Source: a virus
Virus record (IMG/VR): IMGVR_UViG_3300047509_000156
Span: 1-64,000 of that record
DNA length: 64,000 nucleotides
Strand: one strand, 5' to 3'
Part shown: piece after piece, positions 26,113-34,658 of the stretch
Layout of the letters: the number at the start of each line of letters is the position of its first letter
Numbering within the stretch: position 1 is the stretch's first letter
Notes under the pieces: model-generated
Databases searched by the model: none
What the model was told of the DNA's origin: nothing
The model's input: the letters and a program-made list of their open reading frames with translations, nothing else
Made by a program: the position numbers and the translations under genes

Positions 26113-27870
26113 TTAACTGGTGACGATAACGGTGAGCGTGTCGGTCATGTTGATGACGCGATACGGCCGGCGTGTCAGCGGGTAGAGATCGTCGTCTGCA
26201 AAGGGCAGAGCAATCCAGAGGACGGTGTTTTTCTGTGCCGTCCATCCCTCGTCCTGATCGATACCAAACCCGCTAGCGTTACCCAGCGCCTCGTCATAGG
26301 TGAAGATGGCACTGGCCCAGGAGAGGGTTGTCCTCTGAGCGGTCCACGACTCCTCCTGCTCTAGGGCGAATCGTTTCAGTCCGGCGCTGATCTCGTCGTC
26401 CGTGAAGACTCTTGCCGTCCAGGGAATCGTCCCTACAAGGGCAGCCCAGTATTCATCTTGATCGATACCACGGTGTTCCTGGGCGTCCTCGTCGGTGAAG
26501 ACAACCGGCGTCCAGATCGATCGCGTCGTCTGGGCTGTCAAAAACTCATCCTGATCGATGCCAAATCCGCGAGGGTTTCCTACCGTCTCGTCGTCGGAGA
26601 ACACCCTGGAAACCCAGGGGACGGCCTCGACGAGAACGAGATACGGCTCGGGTTGATCGATACCCAGATGCTCGAAGGACGGCTCGTCGAGGAATGGACG
26701 TGACAGCCAGGGAGTAACCATTGTCTGTGCTGTCCAGAATTCCTCCTGATCGAGGCCGAATCCTTCGAGATTGGTGCTGATCTCGTCATCCATTGCTGGA
26801 CGCGATGTCCAGGGTATCGACTGGACGGCAGCAACCCACGGTTCCTCCAGTTCGACGCGGAGGTTCTTGGCAGCGCCGAGTGTTTCATCGTCCAGTGCAG
26901 AGCGTGGCAGCCAGGGAGCAGTGGTGACGAAACCTACCCAAGGCTCCTCCTGATCAAGTCCAAAAGCTCGCAGACTTGTACTGATCTCGTCGTCGAGGCT
27001 GGCTCTGGGCACCCACTGAATCGTGGTAACGGTAACGAATGGCGGTTCCTCCTGATCGAGTCCGAACTTCTCAAATATCCCTGCAACCTCGTCGTCGAGG
27101 AATGCTCTGGCAGCCCACTGAACCGCCGTCGTCAGGACAGGCCAGGCGTCTTCCTGTTCGCGGACGTTAGCCAGCCGTGTCGAGTCGATTCCTTCGTCGA
27201 GAAATGGCCGAGGAAGCCAGGCGGTGGTTGTGACCAGTTGCGGCCAGGCGTCGTCCATCTGAACAATGTTGGCCAGACTGGTGCTGTCGATGGCCTCGTC
27301 GAGGAATGGCCGGGGCAGCCAGGGTGACGACATGAAGGCCGCGACCCACGGCTCGTCCATCTGGATGATATTGGCCAGAGACGCCGAGTCTAAAGCCTCA
27401 TCCGTGAATGGGCGGGAGAGCCAGGGAACCGTCGTTGCCTGGGCGATCCACGGCTCCTCCTGATCGAACTTAGGCTGGCCCCATTCGTCGTTGTCGAGAG
27501 AGGAGCGTGCAACCCAGACTGTCGTCGTGACAAGAGCCGTCCAGAACTCTTGCTGTTCAAGGAAGAAGTTAATCTGCGGATATGTGGGGTCCTCATCCCT
27601 GGAGGTAAAGACATACCACGGCTGACTGCCGATCACGGCGACAAGGATCTGCGGCCAGAACTCATCATCTGGGCAGGTGAGGTCTTCGAGGCGTGCGTCA
27701 ATTTCGTCATCCGTGAACGCCCTGGAAACCCAGGGAATGTTCTGGATGGGCGTCAGAGAGGGCGGCCACGGTTCTTCCTGCTCGCGGGGAAAGAATTTAG
27801 CCGCAGGGAGTTCGTCTACCTCGACGAACGCCTGCGGCCTAATTCTTTGGCGTGGGAAATAGAGGTCCAA
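26113..27870 (-). CDS. 585-aa protein composed of 16 acidic W-x8-W repeats
   Basis: Same repeat as 23055..26102; GGAGG RBS with TTG start. Confidence 0.85.
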   Translation of the reverse strand: MDLYFPRQRIRPQAFVEVDELPAAKFFPREQEEPWPPSLTPIQNIPWVSRAFTDDEIDARLEDLTCPDDEFWPQILVAVIGSQPWYVFTSRDEDPTYPQINFFLEQQEFWTALVTTTVWVARSSLDNDEWGQPKFDQEEPWIAQATTVPWLSRPFTDEALDSASLANIIQMDEPWVAAFMSSPWLPRPFLDEAIDSTSLANIVQMDDAWPQLVTTTAWLPRPFLDEGIDSTRLANVREQEDAWPVLTTAVQWAARAFLDDEVAGIFEKFGLDQEEPPFVTVTTIQWVPRASLDDEISTSLRAFGLDQEEPWVGFVTTAPWLPRSALDDETLGAAKNLRVELEEPWVAAVQSIPWTSRPAMDDEISTNLEGFGLDQEEFWTAQTMVTPWLSRPFLDEPSFEHLGIDQPEPYLVLVEAVPWVSRVFSDDETVGNPRGFGIDQDEFLTAQTTRSIWTPVVFTDEDAQEHRGIDQDEYWAALVGTIPWTARVFTDDEISAGLKRFALEQEESWTAQRTTLSWASAIFTYDEALGNASGFGIDQDEGWTAQKNTVLWIALPFADDDLYPLTRRPYRVINMTDTLTVIVTS

Positions 27871-27885
27871 GGGTGCCTCCGGGTG

Positions 27886-28182
27886 TTACCCCTTCGGCAA
27901 GGACGCAAGGATGCCTTCGAGGTCCTCGGGGGACTGGATGGGGCTTGTCAGGTGGATGCGCCAACTCGATCGCGGCATACGCTGCAACATGGCGCTGCCG
28001 TCGTCATATCTGCCGAGACGGTGGTCGAGGTTCGCCACGGCCATCTTGGTTTGCCCCTTGAAGATGGCGATACCGCAGGAAATCTGGTCGATGCTCCACT
28101 CGTTGCCGCGCATCGTGGGCCGCAGCGAGTCATCGACAAAGCCGTTTGGAGGCGCGGCGGTGGAAGAGGCAAGTTCGCTCAT
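27886..28182 (-). CDS. Hypothetical protein (start MSELASS)
   Basis: ATGA coupling with the endonuclease gene. Confidence 0.5.
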   Translation of the reverse strand: MSELASSTAAPPNGFVDDSLRPTMRGNEWSIDQISCGIAIFKGQTKMAVANLDHRLGRYDDGSAMLQRMPRSSWRIHLTSPIQSPEDLEGILASLPKG

Positions 28183-28829
28183 GTAGAGTTTCCCTTTTGG
28201 ATGCGATCCTGAAAATCCTTCAGGTATTGTATCGCATTGGTAAGGAACGTCGGGTTGTCGCGGAACCGTCCAAGGCCGAAGTTGCAGTCGGCGCACAGGA
28301 GGCCACGGAAGAGTCCTGTCACATGGTCGTGGTCGATGGTGTAGTACACTCTGTTTTTTCCTCCGACCACAGGTCCGCCGCAGATGCCGCAACCCTTAGC
28401 GGTCAGCTTCTTGTACGTCTCTACATCGAGTCCGTGTGCCTTGAGGCGACGAGCGAGGAGTTTTTCCTTGTTGGTGGCAATGGCGGCAGCGTACCACTCG
28501 GGCTTGTTGGCCTTCTTACGCTGAAACCAGTCGGCGTTGTAGGCGACTCTGCACTCGTTGCAAAAACTCTGAAGTCCGTTTGGCATCGACTTGTTTCTTT
28601 GCCACCCTTCGGTTGACTTCGTTTGTCCGCATCGCGGACAAAACTTCTCGCTCGGTATCTCGCGTTCCTGGCTCCTTCTTCTCGCACGGCTGGAAGCCTG
28701 AATCTCTCTGTGGCAGGCAATACAGTGACATTGCCTGCCGTTCTTTCTGCTTCGGTTGCTACCGAACTGCTCAAGAGGTTTTACCTCTTCGCAGCGAGGG
28801 CAGCGCATGGTGGTTGGTGCTGTTTCCAT
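28179..28829 (-). CDS. Endonuclease VII-like homing endonuclease with two N-terminal Zn fingers
   Basis: CGICG...IDHDHVTGLFRGLLCADCNFGLGRFRDN; leaderless TATAAT-N6-ATG. Confidence 0.88.
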   Translation of the reverse strand: METAPTTMRCPRCEEVKPLEQFGSNRSRKNGRQCHCIACHREIQASSRARRRSQEREIPSEKFCPRCGQTKSTEGWQRNKSMPNGLQSFCNECRVAYNADWFQRKKANKPEWYAAAIATNKEKLLARRLKAHGLDVETYKKLTAKGCGICGGPVVGGKNRVYYTIDHDHVTGLFRGLLCADCNFGLGRFRDNPTFLTNAIQYLKDFQDRIQKGNST

Positions 28830-28847
28830 ACCACCATTATATCAGAC

Positions 28848-29645
28848 TCACGTTCCAACTTCGCTGAAGTCACAGGCAAATTCAAACGAGAGTCCCGTGG
28901 TGGGACAGCTTGAAACCAGATCTTGCGTCTTCGTCACTCCCCCGTCGAGTGTCGGTGCGTCATCAGGGTTGATGGCCACCCAGCCGCCAGGACCGGACGC
29001 GCCACAGGAAGCGTAACCGACGTAGTTTGGCCCACCCGTACCCACGGTGACGGTGGACTGCGCGGCCGATGCCAACCCGCAGGTGGCAACGCAAGCCGGA
29101 ACGAGGTTGTTCTTCGGCGGCGGCGTGACCGAAGTAGCGGCCACGGTCGTCGATGCAGTGGAAGTCCACTGTTTCAGGCGGATAGAGATACCTGACAGCG
29201 CTGTCAGGCCGGCGCCCTTACCCTGGACGCGGACGGCGACGACGGACATTGAGCGGGAGGCGCCAGGTTTCAGGAAGAAAAACGATTTGTTGCTCTCCAG
29301 GCGCATCTGGAGGGGTTGGTCGTTTCCGCCAACCTCTGCATGTCGCCATGCAGTCCGGACTGTATCATCACCCGTTTGGGTGCCCCTCGTTCAGTCTCTG
29401 AGGCTCCTCACCCCGATCTCTCGGGTCGTTGCCTGCTGATTGTCCGCACCTGTCGGATTGTCACGATTGCTCGTACCGCAGGATTCTCGGGGTTTCCAGC
29501 ATACAGAGGGGTTTTCACCCGCCGATTACTCGGCGGGGCGACTTCTGCTACCAGCATCGAGTTCCGTATTGCCGCTACCGCTCGTCGTCAAGTTTTCGAG
29601 CGCCTGGGCACCGGATTTGGTTTGCACTTCATACAAGAACGGCAG
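28848..29645 (-). CDS. Intron-split virion protein, join(29556..29645, 28848..29282), 174 aa, CTG start
   Basis: GAGGTG RBS then CTG CCG TTC...; splicing gives the in-frame product MPFLYEV...NTELD|FFFLKPG... Confidence 0.75.
29283..29555 (-). ncRNA. Group I intron, 273 nt, no internal ORF
   Basis: P ATGCTGGAAA, Q AATCAGCAGG, R TCAGAGACTG, S ATGATACAGTCC; P1 CGAU/GUCG with U.G splice pair; P2, P3, P8 and P9 hairpins; terminal G. Confidence 0.92.
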
Positions 29646-29667
29646 AGATCACCTCTCTTTTTAGTGG

Positions 29668-30228
29668 CTAATTCGGTGCCCCATCTGGCACATCAAGCAA
29701 GTGGCCTCTGCGCTTGCCTGATCCTATCCGGCTGACTGTTTGCTGCCGGATACCGAACGCTTCGGCGATGATCGTCTGTTTGACGCCTTCGCGAAGCAAC
29801 TTGCGAATCTCCCTGACTTCGCCGTCAGAGAGTTTGTGAAGAGGGTGCCTCTCGCCCCGATTGTCTGTCCCGTCTCGAACACGATCCATCATATTCTCGG
29901 AGTGAGTCCCCCAACGAAGATTGGCGCGCGAGTTGTCGCTGACGCCTGCCTGGCCGTGAAGAACATCCAATCCTTCCGGGCGTGGACCAGCGAAAGTCTC
30001 CATCACCAGATGGTGAACGTACATCGTCCTTGGCTTGCCGTTCGTGCGAAGATCAACCGTCATGTACCCGTTCTTGGTTCTGCCAGGGCGCAGTAACCTC
30101 GGCTCTGAGGCGGTACCCCAGCGTCCGTTGCGCCATGTCCTGACGTTACCCAGATTGGACACGTCGTAGATCCCCTCGTAGCCTCGGACTGGTAGCCAGT
30201 TCTCGACGATGTTATCCTGACTCTGCAT
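29668..30228 (-). CDS. NUMOD4-HNH homing endonuclease with C-terminal HTH (start MQSQDN)
   Basis: ENWLPVRGYEGIYDVSNLGNVR (NUMOD4); VHHLV...VLH...DN...NLRWGT..EN. Confidence 0.9.
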   Translation of the reverse strand: MQSQDNIVENWLPVRGYEGIYDVSNLGNVRTWRNGRWGTASEPRLLRPGRTKNGYMTVDLRTNGKPRTMYVHHLVMETFAGPRPEGLDVLHGQAGVSDNSRANLRWGTHSENMMDRVRDGTDNRGERHPLHKLSDGEVREIRKLLREGVKQTIIAEAFGIRQQTVSRIGSGKRRGHLLDVPDGAPN

Positions 30229-30385
30229 GACGACCTCGTATGGTGGGGTTGTTGTGCCGGGCAGGCCAGCGACGCGATCCGCTGCCTGCCCATCTTTACG
30301 CGCGCATCGTACTCGGGAATCCGTATATGCGTCCAGACGTAACGCCGTCTTGCCGTCCGAAGCGCTTGTCACTACAAAGAGAAGC

Positions 30386-30516
30386 AGGTCAATGGTGTAG
30401 CGGTAGCACACCCTGCCAGAAGCGGGTAACGACGGTTATCCGTGAAGGCACAGGCTGGCGGCGACGGCTGCTCGGCTTGATTCGGGAGGGGCCTGTTCGA
30501 CTCAGGCGTCCGACTT
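30386..30516 (+). ncRNA. tRNA-like RNA with a structured insert of about 60 nt
   Basis: tRNA D-arm TGGTGTAGCGGTAGCAC and T-arm GCCTG-TTCGACT-CAGGC about 80 nt apart; upstream TTGCCG-N17-TACAAA; downstream U-run. Confidence 0.6.
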
Positions 30517-30534
30517 TTTCCAAGAGAGAAGATA

Positions 30535-30849
30535 ATGAACAAGGTGTACGCCGTCTCAGGCTGGAAGGAAGATTCAGGCGAATCCGATAGAGACTGGGAA
30601 TGGGTCGTCTGCTGCTACACCGAAGAGGAGATGGCGCAAAAGCACGTCAAGATGCTCAAGGAGGCGGTTGCAAGTGGCAGGGAAGAAGCTAAGGGGAAAC
30701 GCGACAAGTTGCAGTCGTTTCGGACGGAACTGGACCCGAAACTATACGGCATCAGCCATAGTTCCTGGTACGGGCCATCGTACACCGTTGAGGAGATCGG
30801 CCTATTCCTGCACGTCGATCAGTTTATGGAACAGGTGGCGGTAAGGTGA
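30535..30849 (+). CDS. Hypothetical protein
   Basis: 104-aa ORF with plausible composition, downstream of the tRNA-like RNA. Confidence 0.6.
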   Translation: MNKVYAVSGWKEDSGESDRDWEWVVCCYTEEEMAQKHVKMLKEAVASGREEAKGKRDKLQSFRTELDPKLYGISHSSWYGPSYTVEEIGLFLHVDQFMEQVAVR

Positions 30850-31369
30850 TTCCTGGCAGGCCCGCTCGCTTACGCATCACGCACAGCACGTTATCCGCCG
30901 GCGCATTCTCCCGCAGATCGTACACCGTGAAGCCGATCTGGCGCCAGTGCGATAGTGTACCGGCGTCCGCCACATCCTCGATCACGTAGAAGCCGCCTAG
31001 AGCCACGAAAGGCCAGAGAAGGAACCAACTCGTCAGTTGATCGCACAGATGGTGCGAACCGTCGTCCACGATCAAATCGAATGTATGCCCGCGAACGATC
31101 GGCTCCATGTCGCTCCAGATGGTTGCATCACCACGGTGGCAGGTGATACGTGGATCGGCGAATTGCGGCTGGCTGGCGGCGGAGTCCACGCCGATGATTC
31201 TCGCATGGGGGAAGTAATCACCCCATGCCAGGAGGCTCTGCCCGGAGAGGACGCCGATCTCCAGGATCGTGCGGATATCCTTGCCTCTGAGGATGGCCTC
31301 GTAGGCGGCGCCGTAGCCGTGGTGTCCCGGCTCGCGGTTCTTGTCGGTGTCGCGGCCGTCAAAGAGCAT
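30824..31369 (-). CDS. Class I SAM-dependent methyltransferase (sugar O-methyltransferase-like)
   Basis: TDK...HHGY, ILEIGV..G.SL, FDLIVDDGSH, GGFYVIED. Confidence 0.85.
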   Translation of the reverse strand: MLFDGRDTDKNREPGHHGYGAAYEAILRGKDIRTILEIGVLSGQSLLAWGDYFPHARIIGVDSAASQPQFADPRITCHRGDATIWSDMEPIVRGHTFDLIVDDGSHHLCDQLTSWFLLWPFVALGGFYVIEDVADAGTLSHWRQIGFTVYDLRENAPADNVLCVMRKRAGLPGITLPPPVP

Positions 31370-31372
31370 GGT

Positions 31373-32230
31373 TCAATCCCAGACGGTTACTTCGCCGTTG
31401 CCATTCCACCAGCAAATCTTTTCGCCATTGATCCACTGATTCCATTGCCGGGTTGGATAACCCTTGTCGATCAGAGATAGGCTGCCGCCGCACTTCGGGC
31501 AACTGCGGGCGTTGGCTGCTTCCGGCTGGATTTCGCATTTCAGACACGCCCTGACGGTGGCGATGTGGAAACCGAAGGCGTGGCGAGTCGTGTCCGCCAG
31601 GACTTTCAGGCCGAGGGAGGCAGCGTTGCGATAGAAAAAGGTGTCTTCCGTGTAGCCAATGTCGATGACGCCACGCTCGTCTTGACTGGTGTCCTCGAAG
31701 GAATCCGACGTGCGATACCATCGCGGACGGCCGTACTTGTCCTTACCCAGATCCAGTTCGGCGGCCATCCTATCGTAGACTTCGCGGCGAACAAGAGTCA
31801 GCCCCATATGGGCCGCGAACACCTCGTAAATCATGTCTGGGCGGAAAACGTCGGCGCCTCCACCCGGTTCCGGGTAGATCAAAGGGGAAGTCAGATCGTC
31901 GGCTAGTTTTTGGAAGTAGACGCCGTTGACAATCGGGACGTTAAACTTCTTGCTCTGATGGAGCAGTTCGAGCATGGCGCCTGGCATCACAAGAACGTCG
32001 TCGTCTACCCAGAAAAGGTGGCTAATGGGCGTGTTTTCTCGACTGTACGTAAGGACGGAATCGACGATACCGTTGCGAACCTCGGCGATTTCTCCCCCCA
32101 CGCCGTCGCGGAGGTAGAAGATGCACTTGCCGGCGAAATTGCTGAGGAGTACGGATTGCATACAGCGCGCCCAGAAAATGGAGACTACCCCTAGGCTGGG
32201 AGTGCAAAATGCCACATTTTCCTTTGCCAT
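31373..32230 (-). CDS. GT-A fold glycosyltransferase-like protein with C-terminal Zn ribbon
   Basis: RN..V, LFWVDDDV (DxD), MGLTLVRREV, EDTFF, H; CLKC...CPKC. Confidence 0.75.
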   Translation of the reverse strand: MAKENVAFCTPSLGVVSIFWARCMQSVLLSNFAGKCIFYLRDGVGGEIAEVRNGIVDSVLTYSRENTPISHLFWVDDDVLVMPGAMLELLHQSKKFNVPIVNGVYFQKLADDLTSPLIYPEPGGGADVFRPDMIYEVFAAHMGLTLVRREVYDRMAAELDLGKDKYGRPRWYRTSDSFEDTSQDERGVIDIGYTEDTFFYRNAASLGLKVLADTTRHAFGFHIATVRACLKCEIQPEAANARSCPKCGGSLSLIDKGYPTRQWNQWINGEKICWWNGNGEVTVWD

Positions 32231-32327
32231 CTTGATGATTCCTCATAGAATAAACGGGCCGGCGACGTGTTGATGCACGCCAACCGGCTCTAGCCAAAGA
32301 AGATCCTTCTCAAGAAAGGACCCGTCA

Positions 32328-33089
32328 ATGGATACCCCTCAGTTTCCGGAAAACAACTGGAGAATTCAAGACCTGCGAGGCCACGAGCCGTTCGGCAGAC
32401 TCACCGTCATCGCCTTTGCTGGCTTCAGGGGCAAGAGAAACTACTGTATGTGGCTTTGCCGGTGCGAGTGCGGCAACGAAACCGTCTGCATCGGCAGTAA
32501 TCTTCTTTCCGGTCATGCACAAAGTTGCGGGTGTCTGTGCAGGGAGAAGATAGTCGCCGCCGTCAGAACGCACGGATACACCAGTATCAAAGGCAAGTCG
32601 CGTCGCTACATCAATTGGCAATCCATGCTCGGCAGGTGTTGTAACGAGAAAAACAGGAACTACCCCGGATACGGCGGCAGGGGAATAACCGTTTGCGAGC
32701 GCTGGCGCAATTCGTTCCCAGATTTTCTTCATGATCTTGGCGATCCTCCATCTCCAAAGCATACCGTTGATCGCATCGACAACGACGGCGGTTACTGGTG
32801 CGGCAAGGCTGAGTGTCCAGAGTGCGGACCACTCAAGAGGATTCCCAACTGTCGCTGGGCCACAAAGAAGGAGCAGAGTCTCAACAGGAGAAACAATCGT
32901 CGCCTCACCTACGATGGTTTGACACTAACGGTTTCTGAGTGGGCGGAAAGGACGGGTATTTCAAGGATAACTCTCGCTGGCCGTCTGAAACGCGGATGGT
33001 CTATTGAGAAGACTCTGACGCAACCGGTAACTCGATCTCGTCCTCACAATACCGCCACGGATCGTCAGGTAACCGATCCCCACGGCTAA
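32328..33089 (+). CDS. HNH-type homing endonuclease, antisense to its neighbours
   Basis: FGRLTVI..WLCRCECG, YGGRGITVCERW, TVDRIDND...NCRWAT..EQ..NRR. Confidence 0.88.
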   Translation: MDTPQFPENNWRIQDLRGHEPFGRLTVIAFAGFRGKRNYCMWLCRCECGNETVCIGSNLLSGHAQSCGCLCREKIVAAVRTHGYTSIKGKSRRYINWQSMLGRCCNEKNRNYPGYGGRGITVCERWRNSFPDFLHDLGDPPSPKHTVDRIDNDGGYWCGKAECPECGPLKRIPNCRWATKKEQSLNRRNNRRLTYDGLTLTVSEWAERTGISRITLAGRLKRGWSIEKTLTQPVTRSRPHNTATDRQVTDPHG

Positions 33090-34315
33090 AGCCGGGGGCT
33101 TTCCGGCTGACTACGCACTAATGGTATGCGCCGTAGTCGCCAGTTCTATGGCCAGGTTACAAGTGGCCAGAGCACTCAGATTGAGTGCGGCGTTCCAATC
33201 GGCGTTGCAGGAGAAACCGCAGTGCAGACAGACAAACTGAGCCTGACTCTTGCGGTTGGCCTTCTCGCAGTGTTGGCAAGCGCTGCAAGTGCGGCTGGTG
33301 TTCCGTGGATCGACAGCCATGACGGGCACACCTTCCCTCAACGCCTTGTAGTCGATGAAGCTGCGAAGCTGGTGGAACGCCCAGCCCGACAGCCTGTTGC
33401 GTGCATCACCGCCCCTGGCTCTGATCCGTTCGCGTATACCCTTGAGTTCTTCAAGAGCAATCCCGCGCCCGGTGCGTTTGGCGGATTCGACGATGCGCCG
33501 ACTGATGACGTGGTTTTCATGCCGGCGGAACCTGGCTTCCTTGCTGGCGATCCGCTTCAGCTTCTTCTTCGCCCCCTTCGTGTTCCGGCGCTGAAGGCGT
33601 TCGCGCTGGAGGTTGTGCTTGCGGCGAACCTTCTCCACCGGCTTGCCGGAGTAGGCGTTGCCGTCGCTGTCCGTGGCGATCTGCGCTATTCCCAGATCGA
33701 CGCCAAGGAACTCGGTTGCCTTGATCGGCTCGGGCGCTTCGTCGATCAACTGGACGTGGAGGAAGTAACCGCCATCGCGCCGCTTGACGAGAGTTGCCGA
33801 AGTCGGCTTGCGGCCCTTGAGTGCTGCCTTCTGCCGTTCGCCGAGTTCCGTGGCGATGCGAGCGCGGCCCGAGAGCATGGTCAGGCCGAACGTCCAGTTC
33901 CATTCGTGGAAGGAGAAAATACGAGCATCGTAGTCGATGCTGGTGGGCGCGAAGCCCGAGTGCATCTTCTCCGGCACCTTGAGTGCGTTGCAAGCCCTGG
34001 CAATGGCCCTGATCGCCAGGTTGGCGGACAGTCCGAAGTTCGCCCTGATGGCATGGTAGGCTTCCTTCTGCACCGTCACCTTGTTCGTGGAGTTGATGCG
34101 CCTGGCCGTGTCGGCGGCATACTCGCACCCCTGAGCGAACGCCTGCAAGGTGGCGTCGATGTCGGAAGCCTGCTCTTGCGTCGGGATCAGCTTGCAGACG
34201 ATGGTGCGGATGGTTTCCATAAGGGACATTCTATCACAGGAAGTATTCACAGTGCAAGGTCGGCAGGCGACCGTTCTACCCCATGCCTGAAGGCAGGGGC
34301 TTCCAGGATCGTCAG
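33069..34315 (-). mobile_element. IS200/IS605-family (IS1341-like) solo TnpB element, no tnpA
   Basis: End hairpins AAGCCCCTGCCTTCAGGCATGGGG (left) and AAGCCCCCGGCTTTAGCCGTGGGG...GTTAC (right); left boundary uncertain (34305 or 34315) because of a junction duplication. Confidence 0.8.
33111..34220 (-). CDS. tnpB: RNA-guided endonuclease TnpB (start METIRT)
   Basis: RuvC D/E/D intact (GVDLG, IALEEL, NADWNAA); Zn finger CSAC..CLHC; promoter TTGCAC-N18-TAGAAT-N7-ATG. Confidence 0.93.
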   Translation of the reverse strand: METIRTIVCKLIPTQEQASDIDATLQAFAQGCEYAADTARRINSTNKVTVQKEAYHAIRANFGLSANLAIRAIARACNALKVPEKMHSGFAPTSIDYDARIFSFHEWNWTFGLTMLSGRARIATELGERQKAALKGRKPTSATLVKRRDGGYFLHVQLIDEAPEPIKATEFLGVDLGIAQIATDSDGNAYSGKPVEKVRRKHNLQRERLQRRNTKGAKKKLKRIASKEARFRRHENHVISRRIVESAKRTGRGIALEELKGIRERIRARGGDARNRLSGWAFHQLRSFIDYKALREGVPVMAVDPRNTSRTCSACQHCEKANRKSQAQFVCLHCGFSCNADWNAALNLSALATCNLAIELATTAHTISA

Positions 34316-34511
34316 GTGACTTCCTGCCCCACTGACAGTTGACGTGTCCCTGTATCTTGAGGATCTCTTCTTCGGTGATGATCCAATGTTTCTCGCAAGA
34401 CCAGCACTTGACGGCATCGATATCCGGCTTTGAGCAGTCCTCAACGTCGCCGTCGTTGATCCAGTTCGCCTTGCCGCAGTGTGGGCAGGGGAGTCGATGC
34501 CAGGTGTCCAT
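34306..34511 (-). CDS. Zn-ribbon protein interrupted by the TnpB element and now in frame with tnpB
   Basis: CPHC...CWSC; GAGGAGG RBS; no stop before tnpB. Confidence 0.6.
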
Positions 34512-34658
34512 GTTGATTCCTCCTCTCCTTGTTCCTGCTGGCGAGTATCCTCCTCGCCTTGTTCAGGTAATAGAGAACTCCTATCCAGTAGATGATCTGC
34601 GCAAAGATCATGATGGCGTTAAGCGCGACAGCGATCTTTAACAAGTCGTAGTTTATTC

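Noticed and set aside
23055-27870. CRISPR array or DGR-like repeats
   Set aside because: The repeats are degenerate at synonymous positions and conserved at protein level; there are no identical DNA repeats with spacers, and no cas or reverse transcriptase gene in the window.
29283-29306. ATG start MRLESNKS for ORF 28848..29306
   Set aside because: It lies inside the P9 region of the group I intron; the real N-terminus is exon 1.
30386-30516. tmRNA or canonical tRNA
   Set aside because: No G3.U70 alanine acceptor, tag ORF or CCA; the acceptor stem is broken and the length fits neither.
33126-34319. 397-aa plus-strand ORF
   Set aside because: Antisense shadow of tnpB.
33111-34511. 466-aa TnpB with a novel N-terminal domain as an evolved protein
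   Set aside because: The extension is an interrupted phage gene plus the translated left-end hairpin; tnpB has its own promoter and ATG at 34220. The fusion is noted only as a by-product.
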